The notes below the pieces were generated by a model. It had not been told where the DNA came from, did not search any database, and saw only the letters and a program-made list of their open reading frames with translations. This document shows, piece after piece, positions 17,634-28,424 of a stretch of DNA of 64,000 nt. Each line of letters opens with the position of its first letter. Position 1 is the stretch's first letter. The position numbers and the translations under genes are program-made. Source of the stretch: Oligoflexia bacterium (GTDB taxonomy: Bacteria; Bdellovibrionota; UBA1018); NCBI GenBank assembly GCA_963758495.1, contig CAVWVI010000004.1:864001-928000 (forward strand), read 5' to 3'.

Positions 17634-18419
17634 ATGAATCTGGGTAAACTCAAATTCTTAATCACAATCAGCATGATTTCTATCTCTACACTCTGCAGCT
17701 TAATTCAAGCTTCTAGTTTTTATCCCCAACCTTTCTCAGAAAAAGTCCAGGAAGCTTCTGTCATTGCTCGCGGTAAAGTAGGAATGAGCTATGCGGATTG
17801 GGGTAATGACCAGGAAGGAATTAAGCGGATTTACACCTACGTCGAACTTCAACTCATCGAGACTTTTAAAGGAAATGCCAGTGGCTCCTCAATCATGATC
17901 CGAGAACTGGGTGGCGAGAAAGATGGAGTAGGGTTACAAATTTCAGGTGTGGCTCAATTTCAACGAGGAGAAGACGTTGTCGCACTTCTAAAAAATAAAA
18001 ATTCGGATGGAGTCTATGACGTCCAAGGCATGATGATGGGAAAATACGGTGTCCTAACAGATTCGAATGGAGTCGAATACCTATCAGGGCCTGGACTTTG
18101 GCAACCCACATCTCCTACTCAATGGACATTAGAAGCACTTCGACATCTCATTCAAACACAATCCATTGAGGCAAAACGCAAAAGCGAATCGTCGCCCCTC
18201 CCCCTTACGCTTCTTCCGAATCATGAAAAAAATGTCCCTGTTCAAGCCCCCCCACAATCCCAAACAAACGCAGTACCGGCACCGCACTTGCAAAGTTCAG
18301 ACGGAGAGGAATCCTCTCCTTCCAAAAGTTTAATTTTCTACTTTGGATTAGGAATAGGAGCATTAGGAATCCTTGGCATAATCGCTCAATTACTCAGGAT
18401 CGAACGCCGCAAGAAGTAA
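17634..18419 (+). CDS. Secreted protein with OB/TIMP-like domain, Pro/Ser linker and C-terminal TM + RRKK
   Basis: Signal peptide; ASVIARGKV..IYTYVE..ETFKG..GGEKDG..G...F..GEDVV; terminal hydrophobic helix followed by basic tail. Confidence 0.6.
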   Translation: MNLGKLKFLITISMISISTLCSLIQASSFYPQPFSEKVQEASVIARGKVGMSYADWGNDQEGIKRIYTYVELQLIETFKGNASGSSIMIRELGGEKDGVGLQISGVAQFQRGEDVVALLKNKNSDGVYDVQGMMMGKYGVLTDSNGVEYLSGPGLWQPTSPTQWTLEALRHLIQTQSIEAKRKSESSPLPLTLLPNHEKNVPVQAPPQSQTNAVPAPHLQSSDGEESSPSKSLIFYFGLGIGALGILGIIAQLLRIERRKK

Positions 18420-18460
18420 CAGAATAAGAATCCAAGTTTTTACCGGAGGAAGTCTCAAGA

Positions 18461-20272
18461 ATGGGACAGTATTTTTGGTTTTCACTCTCCGCATTCATCC
18501 TCATTTTAAGTATTTGTTTAAGTATTTGTATTAAATCTCAGGCTTGGGCCTATGTTCCTACTCTCAGTGCAAATGGAATTCCTGTTCGATGGAAGAAGCC
18601 TGTTAAACTCAACTTAGTCGGTAATCCATCCAATCAATCTGGATTAATGCCTACAGACGTATTTAACGCCGTTGTAAAAAGTTTGCAGCGCTGGAAGTTT
18701 GCTTCTTCAAATGCTGTCAACTTTGATTATTGGCAGGGCACTGATCCCCAAAGTTTTCCCGCAAATAGTACCTTCAATGGCGTCTCCAGCATTTACTTCG
18801 TATCCCAATCAACCACTCCTCTTGAACTTCCTAACAATGTATTGGGAATGACTCAAGTTTGGTACAACACGGAAAATGGTGAGATCTTTGAAACAGATAT
18901 CGCACTGAACGACACTGACTTTCACTTCACCAATAATCCGACTGATACCTCTGGATTTGGATCTGTATCCTCTACCTCCTCTACCCAGGCTGACGGCAAA
19001 AGCGATGTTTATATTCAAAATGTAATTACTCACGAATTAGGACATGCGCTCGGCTTATCGCATAGTGGGGGACTTCAATCAACGATGCTTTTTACGGAAT
19101 CTCCCGAACAAGCTCATTTAGGATGCGATGAGATGATCGCCATCCATGCACTCTATCCTACCTCTGATGCGACTCTTCGAGGAGATTTAAGTGGCACTGT
19201 CCTATCAGAAACAGGAACTCCCATTTTTGGAGCCCATGTAGTAGCGATTTCACAACGAAGAGGCACAGTTCTAGCCACTGCACTTACAGACCCCTCAGGG
19301 CACTATTCCATTCATGCTTTAGAGACCGGTCACTATTTTCTGATGGCTGAACCCTTTTACGCAGGCCCCCAAGCACTCCCTATTTATTATTCTAAATCAA
19401 ATTCATCTATCTGCTCTAACAACAGTCCATTCATGAGGGGATTTTTAACTGAAAATGACAGTTTTACATTATTTAATACATCCGTGACCGCATCCCACAT
19501 GTCTATTGCGCCAAATTTAATTGTGCACTGCAATAATAATCCAACCCCTGAAGAAACCACATTTTCAACGAACACGGTACCGATACCCGTCGCTCACACA
19601 ATCAACACGAACACAAATAGCTTTGGCACTCTAGATCGAATCAGCAAAACGAATACAAATTACTATCGTTTACCTGGAATATCAGGTCACGTTGAAATTC
19701 ATGCAATGAGCTACAGCCTTTACTCCCCTCTTCACCCCTCCCTATCTTTACTCACTCCCAATGGGAGTTCTGTTGATACAGAAGTTTTTGATCCGATTTA
19801 TAGAGGAGACTCAGGTTATATCAACTATGACTCAGCCATCACGGCTGAGGAATTGCCCTATGGTGATTATTTGCTAAAAGTCAGTTTCACTCGTCTTCAA
19901 GCAAACAATTACCCAGGCGGACCTGTATCTTTAGATAGTCTTCCTTTTCTATTATTGACGGGGTCAATCAATGAAGAAAAACCTACTCTCAGCGCTCTGA
20001 TCCCCACCAATGGCCGCTGTCGCACGCCTGAAATATTTGAACCCTACTCTAGTCCATCAGGGATGCCCATTCACTCCCCCAATCAACCTGAATCCAAAGG
20101 GATGGGATCGTGTGGCGCGGTGCAATACAAACCACCCAATGAAGCACATCAAAATTCAAGCTCAAGTACAAGCAATAGGATCGGGTGGCTATTACCGTGG
20201 CTCTTGATGGGATTTGCTGGACGAGCTGCGATTCGCTTGCACGGTAACTCACATACAGTTACCCTTAAATAA
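18461..20272 (+). CDS. Matrixin (M10) metalloprotease with carboxypeptidase-regulatory-like domain and C-terminal anchor
   Basis: HELGHALGLSHS plus Met-turn STM; GDLSGTV..G.PIFGAHV...TDPSGHYSI; GSCG...WLLPWLL tail. Confidence 0.88.
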   Translation: MGQYFWFSLSAFILILSICLSICIKSQAWAYVPTLSANGIPVRWKKPVKLNLVGNPSNQSGLMPTDVFNAVVKSLQRWKFASSNAVNFDYWQGTDPQSFPANSTFNGVSSIYFVSQSTTPLELPNNVLGMTQVWYNTENGEIFETDIALNDTDFHFTNNPTDTSGFGSVSSTSSTQADGKSDVYIQNVITHELGHALGLSHSGGLQSTMLFTESPEQAHLGCDEMIAIHALYPTSDATLRGDLSGTVLSETGTPIFGAHVVAISQRRGTVLATALTDPSGHYSIHALETGHYFLMAEPFYAGPQALPIYYSKSNSSICSNNSPFMRGFLTENDSFTLFNTSVTASHMSIAPNLIVHCNNNPTPEETTFSTNTVPIPVAHTINTNTNSFGTLDRISKTNTNYYRLPGISGHVEIHAMSYSLYSPLHPSLSLLTPNGSSVDTEVFDPIYRGDSGYINYDSAITAEELPYGDYLLKVSFTRLQANNYPGGPVSLDSLPFLLLTGSINEEKPTLSALIPTNGRCRTPEIFEPYSSPSGMPIHSPNQPESKGMGSCGAVQYKPPNEAHQNSSSSTSNRIGWLLPWLLMGFAGRAAIRLHGNSHTVTLK

Positions 20273-20859
20273 TGTGGACACGAATCAGGACACGAATCAG
20301 GACACGAAGAAAAAGAAAAGGGATGCTCAGGCTGCTTCCTTATTTAATCATTTTACTCATTTCAAATTTACTCACTTCAAATGCCGGTGCAGATATTCGA
20401 CCTGAAAAAGTATTTGTAGCCGAAGCTAAAAAAACCAAATTTTATATCAAAGAGGGTCTCATTACGGGAGGAGACCACGCCATTAATGACGTGACAGTTA
20501 AAGATATTCGTCATGCCGCAAATTCAGATTTTGAGCGAATTGTTCTGGATCTTGAGGGAAATCAAAATCATGAATCAGTAGCAATCCAGCGCCCTCCCTA
20601 CTATCAATTGGCTGTGCACCCCTTACAAAAACGAGTTGATATGACTTTATGGGGTCGACCGAAACTGGCATTTGACCCTCAAAAGGTCATTCATGCCTTC
20701 AAAAAAAGTGCAGTTGTACAAAAAATGATTCTTTTACCGCGCTTAGAAGATGAGTCTTGGACATTCGCTTTTATGCTTAAGTCAGAGTCTCCTATCGAAG
20801 TGTTTGAACTTACAAATCCATTGCGAGTCATTATAGACATTCAACGCAAGAAACATTAA
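20272..20859 (+). CDS. AMIN-like exported protein
   Basis: DIRHA....FERIVLDL and FELTNPLRVIIDI; start may be the later MLRLL. Confidence 0.65.
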   Translation: MWTRIRTRIRTRRKRKGMLRLLPYLIILLISNLLTSNAGADIRPEKVFVAEAKKTKFYIKEGLITGGDHAINDVTVKDIRHAANSDFERIVLDLEGNQNHESVAIQRPPYYQLAVHPLQKRVDMTLWGRPKLAFDPQKVIHAFKKSAVVQKMILLPRLEDESWTFAFMLKSESPIEVFELTNPLRVIIDIQRKKH

Positions 20860-20874
20860 GACCCAATTATCGAG

Positions 20875-21414
20875 GTGGCCATGCAATTCAATAAAATCGC
20901 TATTCTTGTGTTATTCATCTTAGCTCTGAATCTCTTTCCTGGGTGCTCAAGTACTCCCCCAGTAAAGCAACAAAACTACGGCCAACTCAATCATCAACGC
21001 ACTTATGAATATAGTTTTTCAGAGGTATGGAAGGGCATTGAAGAGGCCCTGCGAAACTACAAAATTACCGACCGTAATCCCAGCGAGGTGAGTTCACTTG
21101 AAATGAAGAGCCTCACAGAAAGAAGCCTTGAAACGGATTGGATCTACACCCAATCTCGCGATAAATACCAAGAATACACGGTCAATGGCTCACCTCGTAA
21201 AATTTATCTACAAACTAGATATAAGTATTTTGTGGTTTCAAAAAATGGCTTAGGTGGACCTACCGTTACTGTAAAGACTGAGGAAGAAGTGGAACGGCTT
21301 AACTCTGATGGAACTTCCGCTGGTTTCACACAAGTCAGCAATCAAGATCCATCTCGCCCCAACGAGCTTCTTGATAAAATTAAATTAGCAATCTTATCTG
21401 CTCCAGCATTATAA
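20875..21414 (+). CDS. Lipoprotein, BamC-like helix-grip fold possible
   Basis: FPGC lipobox; RTYEYSFSEVWK...LETDW. Confidence 0.55.
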   Translation: MAMQFNKIAILVLFILALNLFPGCSSTPPVKQQNYGQLNHQRTYEYSFSEVWKGIEEALRNYKITDRNPSEVSSLEMKSLTERSLETDWIYTQSRDKYQEYTVNGSPRKIYLQTRYKYFVVSKNGLGGPTVTVKTEEEVERLNSDGTSAGFTQVSNQDPSRPNELLDKIKLAILSAPAL

Positions 21415-21536
21415 ACTAAATACATTGTAAATCTGCGAGAATTCCCTGCTCTCCGGCTTGCCAAAGCGAGGAAAGTACCCATTATTTTTAAATATAGATT
21501 TATCTAATTTAAAGAGTAAGGTCTGGGGCAAATCAT

Positions 21537-24110
21537 ATGGCAGAGACAACTGATAATAATAACAATGACAGTGATCTTAAAAAAACTGAAGTGGGCTCAT
21601 CAGATGCCGAGGTACAGCCGCCTACTAAATCCAGTAATTTAGTTGTTCAAGATCAGATATTGCCACCTAATCTCTTTATCTTACCTATTAATAGTCCGAT
21701 CCCTTTTCCTACGTTACTGACACCTATTTTAGTGACACATCCTCGATATGTTTCGATGATTGAGGAAGCCATTAATCGACAAAGAATGATTGGCCTCGTC
21801 CTCACCCGAGAAGGAGAAGCAAAAGAGGACGCAAAACCTGAAAACTTATATGATTTTGGCGTCGCTGTAAAAATAGTAAAACGGCTCAAAATGCCTGACG
21901 GAGCTGTCAACTTACTGGTTCACAGCATGAAAAGATTTAGAAACCGAAAAATTCTTTCAGAGCAACCGTATATTGTCGTCGAAACGGAGTATTTAGACGA
22001 TATTTCTGAAAAATCCACAGAGATGGATGCACTGACTCGCTCCGTAATCAGTCACGTTAAAAAACTTTCTGAAGCCAATCCATTTTTTACGGAAGAAATG
22101 CGATTAGCTATGATTAATGCGCCCGGTCCAGGAACCATTGCCGACCTTGTAGCATTCGCCCTGACCCTTCCAAAAGCGGATGCGCAAGATTATTTGGAGA
22201 CTTTGGCGGTTAAATCCCGATTTGAAAAACTCTTAGTTCATCTCCGACGTGAACAAGATGTAGCGGATTTACAAAAGAAAATTAACGAAGACGTCAATAC
22301 AAAGCTCAGTAAACTTCAACGCGAATTTTTTCTAAAAGAGCAACTCAAAACAATTAAGCGAGAGCTAGGTAGCGAAGCTGATGGCAAAGATAAATCGTTC
22401 CGCACTTTTCGAGAAAGAATTGAAGCGGCAGGAATGCCAGAAGATGCAAAAAAGATAGCTCTTGAAGAACTCGAAAAATTTGAGTCATTATCTGAAAATT
22501 CTCCAGAATTTAATGTATCTAGAAATTATCTAGAAACGATCTGCTCTCTCCCTTGGAGCAAAGAGTCTCAAGACTCCTTAGACCTCGACAATGCACAAGA
22601 AATTTTAGACCTAGAACATTACGGTTTAGAAAAAGTAAAAGAAAGAATTATTGAATTTCTTGCAGTCAGAAAGCTAAAAGCGGATACAAAGGGATCTATC
22701 ATCTGCTTAGTGGGACCTCCCGGCGTCGGTAAAACTTCTATTGGAAAATCTATTGCAAAGACTTTGGGTCGAAGTTTTTTTAGATTTTCATTAGGGGGCA
22801 TGAGAGACGAAGCAGAAATCAAAGGTCATCGACGTACTTACGTGGGCGCGATGCCTGGAAAAGTCATTCAGGGACTGAAGCGCGCAGGAACTAAAAATGC
22901 TGTTCTCATGTTAGACGAGATTGATAAGCTCGGTCAAAGCTATCAAGGTGATCCAGCAAGTGCTCTTTTAGAAGTCCTTGATCCTGAACAAAATTATGCC
23001 TTTCTAGATCATTATGTAGATGTGCCTTTTGATCTTTCAAAAGTTTTATTCATAACAACTGCAAATACGACATCTTCAATCCCAAGCCCACTCTTGGATC
23101 GAATGGAAGTCATTGAGCTTCCCGGTTACACCCTTGAAGAAAAAGAAGATATAGCCATTCGATATGTGATCCCAAAAGAACTGGAGGCTAACGGGTTATC
23201 ATCAAGCCAAGTTAAAATTGAAAAAACAGCCTTAAGAAAAATGATGACTGACTACGCTCGGGAACCCGGCTTAAGGTCTCTTCAAAAATTAATTAGTCGA
23301 ATTGCTCGCAAAGCTGCGGCACAGATTGTGAGTGAACTTAAAAATGCGGAGAAATTCCGCTCTAAAGGAGCCATTAGACCCTCGCTTATTTTAGTCAAGG
23401 AAGAGGATTTGACTACATGGCTAGGCCCTAAACGCTTTTATAATGAAATTGCTGAACGAATTGTTTCTCCCGGCATTGTGGTTGGACTTGCATGGACGGC
23501 CATGGGTGGAGACATCCTTTTTATTGAAGCTGCCGACATCCCCGGCTCAGGCAACCTTAAATTGACTGGCCAAATGGGAGAGGTCATGACTGAGAGTGCG
23601 GCTATTGCATGGAGCTATGTAAAGAAAAAAATAGGAACTACTCAAGATTACGATCGCAGATTTTTTAAGGAGCATGATTTTCACCTTCATATTCCTGCAG
23701 GTGCGATTCCTAAGGATGGACCTTCTGCAGGGGTCACCATGGCAACAGCGCTCTACTCACTCTTATCGGGACGACGCTCTAAACATAAGCTTGCTATGAC
23801 CGGAGAGCTTTCACTCATTGGAAAAGTCCTTCCTGTGGGCGGGATTAAAGAAAAAATTCTAGCGGCACGAAGAGCTGGAATCAATACGATCTTACTTCCT
23901 AAACTCAACGAAAAAGACATGGTGGAAGTACCAGCCTATGCACTCAAAGGATTGACTATCCATTACGTAAGTCACATTGAGGAAGTATTTGATTTGGCTT
24001 TACAAGCAGAAAGTAGCACTTCTCAGAAAGCAAAACTTAAAACAACTCGCATTTTAAAAAAGCACAACCCAGGAAGATACTCAGGCACACTCTCTAGTGC
24101 AGCTCGGTAA
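21537..24110 (+). CDS. lon: ATP-dependent protease La
   Basis: GPPGVGKTS, GHRRTYVGAMPG, LDEIDK, PKDGPSAG, GGIKEK. Confidence 0.97.
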   Translation: MAETTDNNNNDSDLKKTEVGSSDAEVQPPTKSSNLVVQDQILPPNLFILPINSPIPFPTLLTPILVTHPRYVSMIEEAINRQRMIGLVLTREGEAKEDAKPENLYDFGVAVKIVKRLKMPDGAVNLLVHSMKRFRNRKILSEQPYIVVETEYLDDISEKSTEMDALTRSVISHVKKLSEANPFFTEEMRLAMINAPGPGTIADLVAFALTLPKADAQDYLETLAVKSRFEKLLVHLRREQDVADLQKKINEDVNTKLSKLQREFFLKEQLKTIKRELGSEADGKDKSFRTFRERIEAAGMPEDAKKIALEELEKFESLSENSPEFNVSRNYLETICSLPWSKESQDSLDLDNAQEILDLEHYGLEKVKERIIEFLAVRKLKADTKGSIICLVGPPGVGKTSIGKSIAKTLGRSFFRFSLGGMRDEAEIKGHRRTYVGAMPGKVIQGLKRAGTKNAVLMLDEIDKLGQSYQGDPASALLEVLDPEQNYAFLDHYVDVPFDLSKVLFITTANTTSSIPSPLLDRMEVIELPGYTLEEKEDIAIRYVIPKELEANGLSSSQVKIEKTALRKMMTDYAREPGLRSLQKLISRIARKAAAQIVSELKNAEKFRSKGAIRPSLILVKEEDLTTWLGPKRFYNEIAERIVSPGIVVGLAWTAMGGDILFIEAADIPGSGNLKLTGQMGEVMTESAAIAWSYVKKKIGTTQDYDRRFFKEHDFHLHIPAGAIPKDGPSAGVTMATALYSLLSGRRSKHKLAMTGELSLIGKVLPVGGIKEKILAARRAGINTILLPKLNEKDMVEVPAYALKGLTIHYVSHIEEVFDLALQAESSTSQKAKLKTTRILKKHNPGRYSGTLSSAAR

Positions 24111-24172
24111 AGAGTAAGAAGTTAAAATCGCTATTGCATCACGTCTTAACTTAGGAGAGTCTCTCGACCCAC

Positions 24173-26311
24173 ATGGTCCCGACTTCTTCTTTACCGGCCC
24201 TTACTGTTTTATCTACAAATCCAAACCTTCCATTTATTCATCGTGACATTAGTTGGTTGCAATTTAACGAACGAGTTTTAGCAGAAGCACAGCTAGAGAC
24301 GAACCCACTCTTGGAAAGGCTTAAGTTTTTAGCGATTTCTTCGACTAATTTAGACGAATTTTTTATGATTCGATATTCTTCGCTAGTCCGATCCATTCAG
24401 ACTTCAAATCGAATGGATACCAGGCATATTTCTCGACTCCTGCAAATCAGAAATGAAATTTTAGAAACTGTTCATCAATTCACATTAAAGCAAGCACGTA
24501 TTCTTAAATCTCTCATTTCCCAATTGGAACCACTTCAAATTCATTTAAGTCCAGTACTCAGTCCTCACTCAATGGAATTCGCCATCGGAAAACAGGTTTT
24601 TGAAGATGAAATATTTCCTCGACTCACTCCACCCGAATACTTCCTACCTTCACAACTTGAAAAACTAGATAATCTTCAACTTGGAGCGCTTTACGAAAAA
24701 AATCTCTGGTTCAGAATTTCCAAATCATTTCCGGCCATCTTTTGTCGCTGGAATCAGGAAAATACTCACCTTTATTGCTATTTCCTAGATGAGCTACTAT
24801 CCCATTTTCTAGGTCCCGCTTTCCAACTCCAGAATACTCCGATCATGGTTCGACTCACTCGAGATGGAGACTTTAAAGTTGACTTAGAAGAAGAAGACAC
24901 CGAGTCGATTCCAGATGTCATTCGAAACAGCTTAGGATCCCGAGAAAAGGGGCGACCGGTCAGACTTCAATATTCTAAAAATATCCCTGAAAATCTGCTC
25001 AGCCAAATGATTAAGTCTCTCAAGCTCGTCCCTGCACAAGCGATTGAAGCACCGACCACATTGCAATTGCAGGGAGTTATCAATATTCGCAGTCATCTTT
25101 CAGAACGTCATACGATCCAACCTCAACTTTGCTACCAACCCCTCCGATCAGGCGTGCCGAAACCATTTCGAAATTATCATCAGATTTTTGATAAACTAGA
25201 TGAGGAAGATTTACTTCTCCACCACCCTTATGATTCGTTTGATGCCTTTGTTTCTTGGATTCGAGCTGCTTGCGAAGACCCCTATGTCACTCAAATTGAG
25301 CAGACAGTCTACCGAATGGACACACTCTCTCCTGTTATCGAGTTATTAAAAAGTGCGGCAAATCGTAAAAAAATTCGAGTCGTGATTGAACTCCGAGCTC
25401 GCTTTGACGAACTCAATAACCTCCGATTGGCTGACGAGCTCAAAAAAGCAGGTGTAGAGGTTGCATTTGGTTTTGGTAAGCTTAAGTTACACGGGAAAGT
25501 GGCTCTAGTGACACGAGTTAAAGACCACAACACTCAGCGATATGCACACCTGTCGACAGGTAACTACAACGCAACAACCGCCAGACTCTATACAGATCTT
25601 TCAATTTTAACTGCTCATAAAGATATTTGTGCTGATGTTCGATATTTCTTTGATCGAATTTGGATTGGTGAGGTTCCAAATGAATTTAAATGTCTGATTT
25701 CCGCTCCAGCAAAGCTTCATCGTCGTCTCATCAATCACATTCAGGCTGAGACCGAGGCTGCAGAAAAAGGGAGAAAAGCAAGAATTTTTGCTAAAGTAAA
25801 TGCTCTAGTCGATCATCACGTCGTTCAATATCTCTATCGAGCTTCACAAGCAGGTGTCCAAGTGGATCTAGTGGTACGAGGAGCTTGTTCTCTCGTCCCT
25901 GGAATCAAGGGATTGAGTGAAAACATTCGAGTGATTAGTATTGTAGATCGATTTCTTGAACATAGTCGAATTTATTACTTCGGCGATGCCCGTAAAATTT
26001 ATCTTTCGAGTGCAGATTGGATGCCTAGAAATTTTTTCTCACGCCTTGAATTAGCATTTCCAATCCTTGACCCCCATTTATATCAATATATCGAGGAATT
26101 TATTATTCCGGTATACCTATCAGATACCGTCAAAGCAAATATCCTGACTCCAGAGGGGAAATGGAAACCTCAAAGAAAGTTATCCATGAAAACAGATCCA
26201 TCCATTGCCAAATTTCTTCACCCTAACGAAAAGTCAATTCGATCTCAGTTTCTATTTGAGGAAATCGCAGAACGTGAATACGAAGGCACTCCCTTATGGG
26301 GCAAAAAATAA
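24173..26311 (+). CDS. ppk1: Polyphosphate kinase 1
   Basis: RDISWLQFNERVL, NLDEFFMIR, LHHPYDSF, ELRARFDE, KLHGK, STGNYN, RFLEHSR, SADWMPRN. Confidence 0.96.
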   Translation: MVPTSSLPALTVLSTNPNLPFIHRDISWLQFNERVLAEAQLETNPLLERLKFLAISSTNLDEFFMIRYSSLVRSIQTSNRMDTRHISRLLQIRNEILETVHQFTLKQARILKSLISQLEPLQIHLSPVLSPHSMEFAIGKQVFEDEIFPRLTPPEYFLPSQLEKLDNLQLGALYEKNLWFRISKSFPAIFCRWNQENTHLYCYFLDELLSHFLGPAFQLQNTPIMVRLTRDGDFKVDLEEEDTESIPDVIRNSLGSREKGRPVRLQYSKNIPENLLSQMIKSLKLVPAQAIEAPTTLQLQGVINIRSHLSERHTIQPQLCYQPLRSGVPKPFRNYHQIFDKLDEEDLLLHHPYDSFDAFVSWIRAACEDPYVTQIEQTVYRMDTLSPVIELLKSAANRKKIRVVIELRARFDELNNLRLADELKKAGVEVAFGFGKLKLHGKVALVTRVKDHNTQRYAHLSTGNYNATTARLYTDLSILTAHKDICADVRYFFDRIWIGEVPNEFKCLISAPAKLHRRLINHIQAETEAAEKGRKARIFAKVNALVDHHVVQYLYRASQAGVQVDLVVRGACSLVPGIKGLSENIRVISIVDRFLEHSRIYYFGDARKIYLSSADWMPRNFFSRLELAFPILDPHLYQYIEEFIIPVYLSDTVKANILTPEGKWKPQRKLSMKTDPSIAKFLHPNEKSIRSQFLFEEIAEREYEGTPLWGKK

Positions 26312-26325
26312 AACTAGAAGCTGAT

Positions 26326-26355
26326 GACTCCTTGCAGTGCTTGTCAACAGCCCTA
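26326..26355. repeat. Dispersed hairpin repeat, right-arm half copy
   Basis: GACTCCTTGCAGTGCTTGTCAACAGCCCTA between ppk1 and ppx. Confidence 0.75.
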
Positions 26356-26404
26356 GAAGAAGATAGACTTTTTTAACACTTTGGTGATTAATAAGTAGTA
26401 TAAA

Positions 26405-27934
26405 ATGCGCATAGGAATCATTGACCTAGGAACAAACTCCGTTCGTTTTGACGTCCATTCAGTAGACCGCAATGGTAAATCACGCTTGCTACATAGAGAA
26501 AAACTCATGATCCGCTTAGGTCAAGGTGTTTTTTTGGATGGCAAGTTGGACCTCCATGCCATCCATCGAACCATCCAAGCCTTCAATAGCTTCCATCGAA
26601 CCGCTACCCTGCTCCAAGCAGAAAAAGTAGTCGCCTCTGGAACCAGCGCTCTTCGTGAAGCCATTGACGCGGATAACTTAATCAGCATGATTCGACGAAA
26701 AACGGGCATTGATATTAGAGTGATATCTGGCCAAGAAGAAGCCCAACTGATTGCTTTAGGAATCTTAGCCAATGAATCCACCCCCAAGGGTCGATTTGGA
26801 TTGATTGACATTGGTGGCGGAAGTACTGAAATCAGTATCTGTGAAGGAAAGAAAATTCTACACTCGGTTAGCTTTTCTCTCGGTGCCGCAAGACTTCAGC
26901 AAATTTTTTTAAAATCAAGTCCGCCAAAAATAATAAAAGATTCGCATCTAGATCCGATTTTGAACTTAAGAAAGTACATTAAAAGCATTCTACTTCCAAA
27001 AATAGTGCTAGACCAATGGCCTCATGTTTCGACTCTCATAGGATCAAGCGGAACGATTCGAGCATTACAAAAAATCATTAAAAAGACCGCTCTCAGCGAC
27101 ACGGCTAATAACTCCATCGACCGAAAAGCTATCAGTAAACTTATTAAATTCATGAGCCCCCTCTCCAAACCTCAGCTTTTAGGAATTCCAGGAATGGAAA
27201 CAAAGCGAGCTGATATTATTTTATCGGGAGCACTTTTGCTCGATGAATGCATGGATGCTCTAGGGGCGAATCAATTTATAACAACGACCTACTCTCTGCG
27301 AGATGGAATTTTGGATCGTGAAATTAGACAGATCTCTCATCGGCGAGGTCCTGAAATTCAGTTTAAAATGTCAGACCTTTATTCAAAAGCGAAGCGCTTA
27401 GGCGCTGATGAATCTCATCTCAAACAGGTCGTTACACTAGCAGAGACCCTTTTTGATGGCACTCAGCGAATTCATAAGCTAAGCTCCGAATGGAAACGAT
27501 ACCTGACTGCTGCTACAATTCTTCATGACACAGGAGAGGCGGTTTCATCCACTCACCATGAAATTCATTCCTACTATATAGTCCGAAATGCTGATTTTCT
27601 TGCAATGGAGAAATGGGAATCCGAATTCATTGCACAGCTCTGCCTTAATCATAACGCCGGCGAACTCTCCAAAAAAGATATTGAATTTCTAACAGAAAAA
27701 TCCAAAAAAAATGCATTTCACTTTCTTCTGGGACTATTACGGGTAGCTGATGCGCTCGATCGAGGCCATAAATCAACTATTAAGATTAAAAAGGTTAAAT
27801 TGGAACGCACTCAAGTAACGATCTTTATTCAAGGGGAAAATACAGCAGACCTTGAAATTTTACGAGTTGAGCAAAAAAAGAAGCTCTTTGAAAAGACTTT
27901 TAAACGTCACCTCATCGTACAAATAACAAAATAA
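26405..27934 (+). CDS. ppx: Exopolyphosphatase Ppx/GppA
   Basis: IDLGTNS, TSALREA, ISGQEEA, DIGGGSTE, LRDG, LHDTG, ADALD. Confidence 0.94.
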   Translation: MRIGIIDLGTNSVRFDVHSVDRNGKSRLLHREKLMIRLGQGVFLDGKLDLHAIHRTIQAFNSFHRTATLLQAEKVVASGTSALREAIDADNLISMIRRKTGIDIRVISGQEEAQLIALGILANESTPKGRFGLIDIGGGSTEISICEGKKILHSVSFSLGAARLQQIFLKSSPPKIIKDSHLDPILNLRKYIKSILLPKIVLDQWPHVSTLIGSSGTIRALQKIIKKTALSDTANNSIDRKAISKLIKFMSPLSKPQLLGIPGMETKRADIILSGALLLDECMDALGANQFITTTYSLRDGILDREIRQISHRRGPEIQFKMSDLYSKAKRLGADESHLKQVVTLAETLFDGTQRIHKLSSEWKRYLTAATILHDTGEAVSSTHHEIHSYYIVRNADFLAMEKWESEFIAQLCLNHNAGELSKKDIEFLTEKSKKNAFHFLLGLLRVADALDRGHKSTIKIKKVKLERTQVTIFIQGENTADLEILRVEQKKKLFEKTFKRHLIVQITK

Positions 27935-27977
27935 GGCTTTAGCGCTTAGAGTCTGTTAGTAATCTCTTAGTCAAAAA

Positions 27978-28208
27978 CTAATTGGACATCGGCGGAAGAT
28001 CGTCATTATCACTGCTCACTGATGGAGTCACAGGAACGACTCGTCCCGCAGCTATTTCCCGAAGAGCAGTAACGATCACTCGATTTTTACTTTTCACAAG
28101 TGGATCCGCACCCTTATAGAGCTGGCGAGCACGTCTAGTCGCTAAATGGACTAATTCATACATATTATCTACATGAGACAAACAATCTTCAATTGTTACG
28201 CGTGCCAT
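27978..28208 (-). CDS. rpoZ: RNA polymerase omega subunit
   Basis: [21 protein letters not shown]...ALREIAAG. Confidence 0.96.
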   Translation of the reverse strand: MARVTIEDCLSHVDNMYELVHLATRRARQLYKGADPLVKSKNRVIVTALREIAAGRVVPVTPSVSSDNDDLPPMSN

Positions 28209-28284
28209 TTAAACTCCTTAAACAAAAGAAACGGATACTCGTATTTGTTACCTAATTTATCGAAAAGAGTCAATGTCTATTCAA

Positions 28285-28372
28285 GTAAGCCCTGTGAGGA
28301 GTCCTATTGCTCCGGGAATTCAAATCTTTACGGCGTAACAGGGCCCCCTCACAGGGCTTGTCAACAGCGCTA
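28285..28372. repeat. Dispersed long-hairpin repeat, full copy
   Basis: AAGCCCTGTGAGGAGTCCTATTGCTCCG-loop-CGGCGTAACAGGGCCCCCTCACAGGGCTT plus GTCAACAGCGCTA tail. Confidence 0.8.
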
Positions 28373-28424
28373 AAGGAACTGCTTATATTCTAACAGCCTA
28401 TCGGCCGAGGTGTCTTACTCACAC

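Noticed and set aside
28173..28373. 66-aa ORF, or 6S RNA, upstream of rpoZ
   Set aside because: The sequence is a copy of the dispersed hairpin repeat found at three other loci
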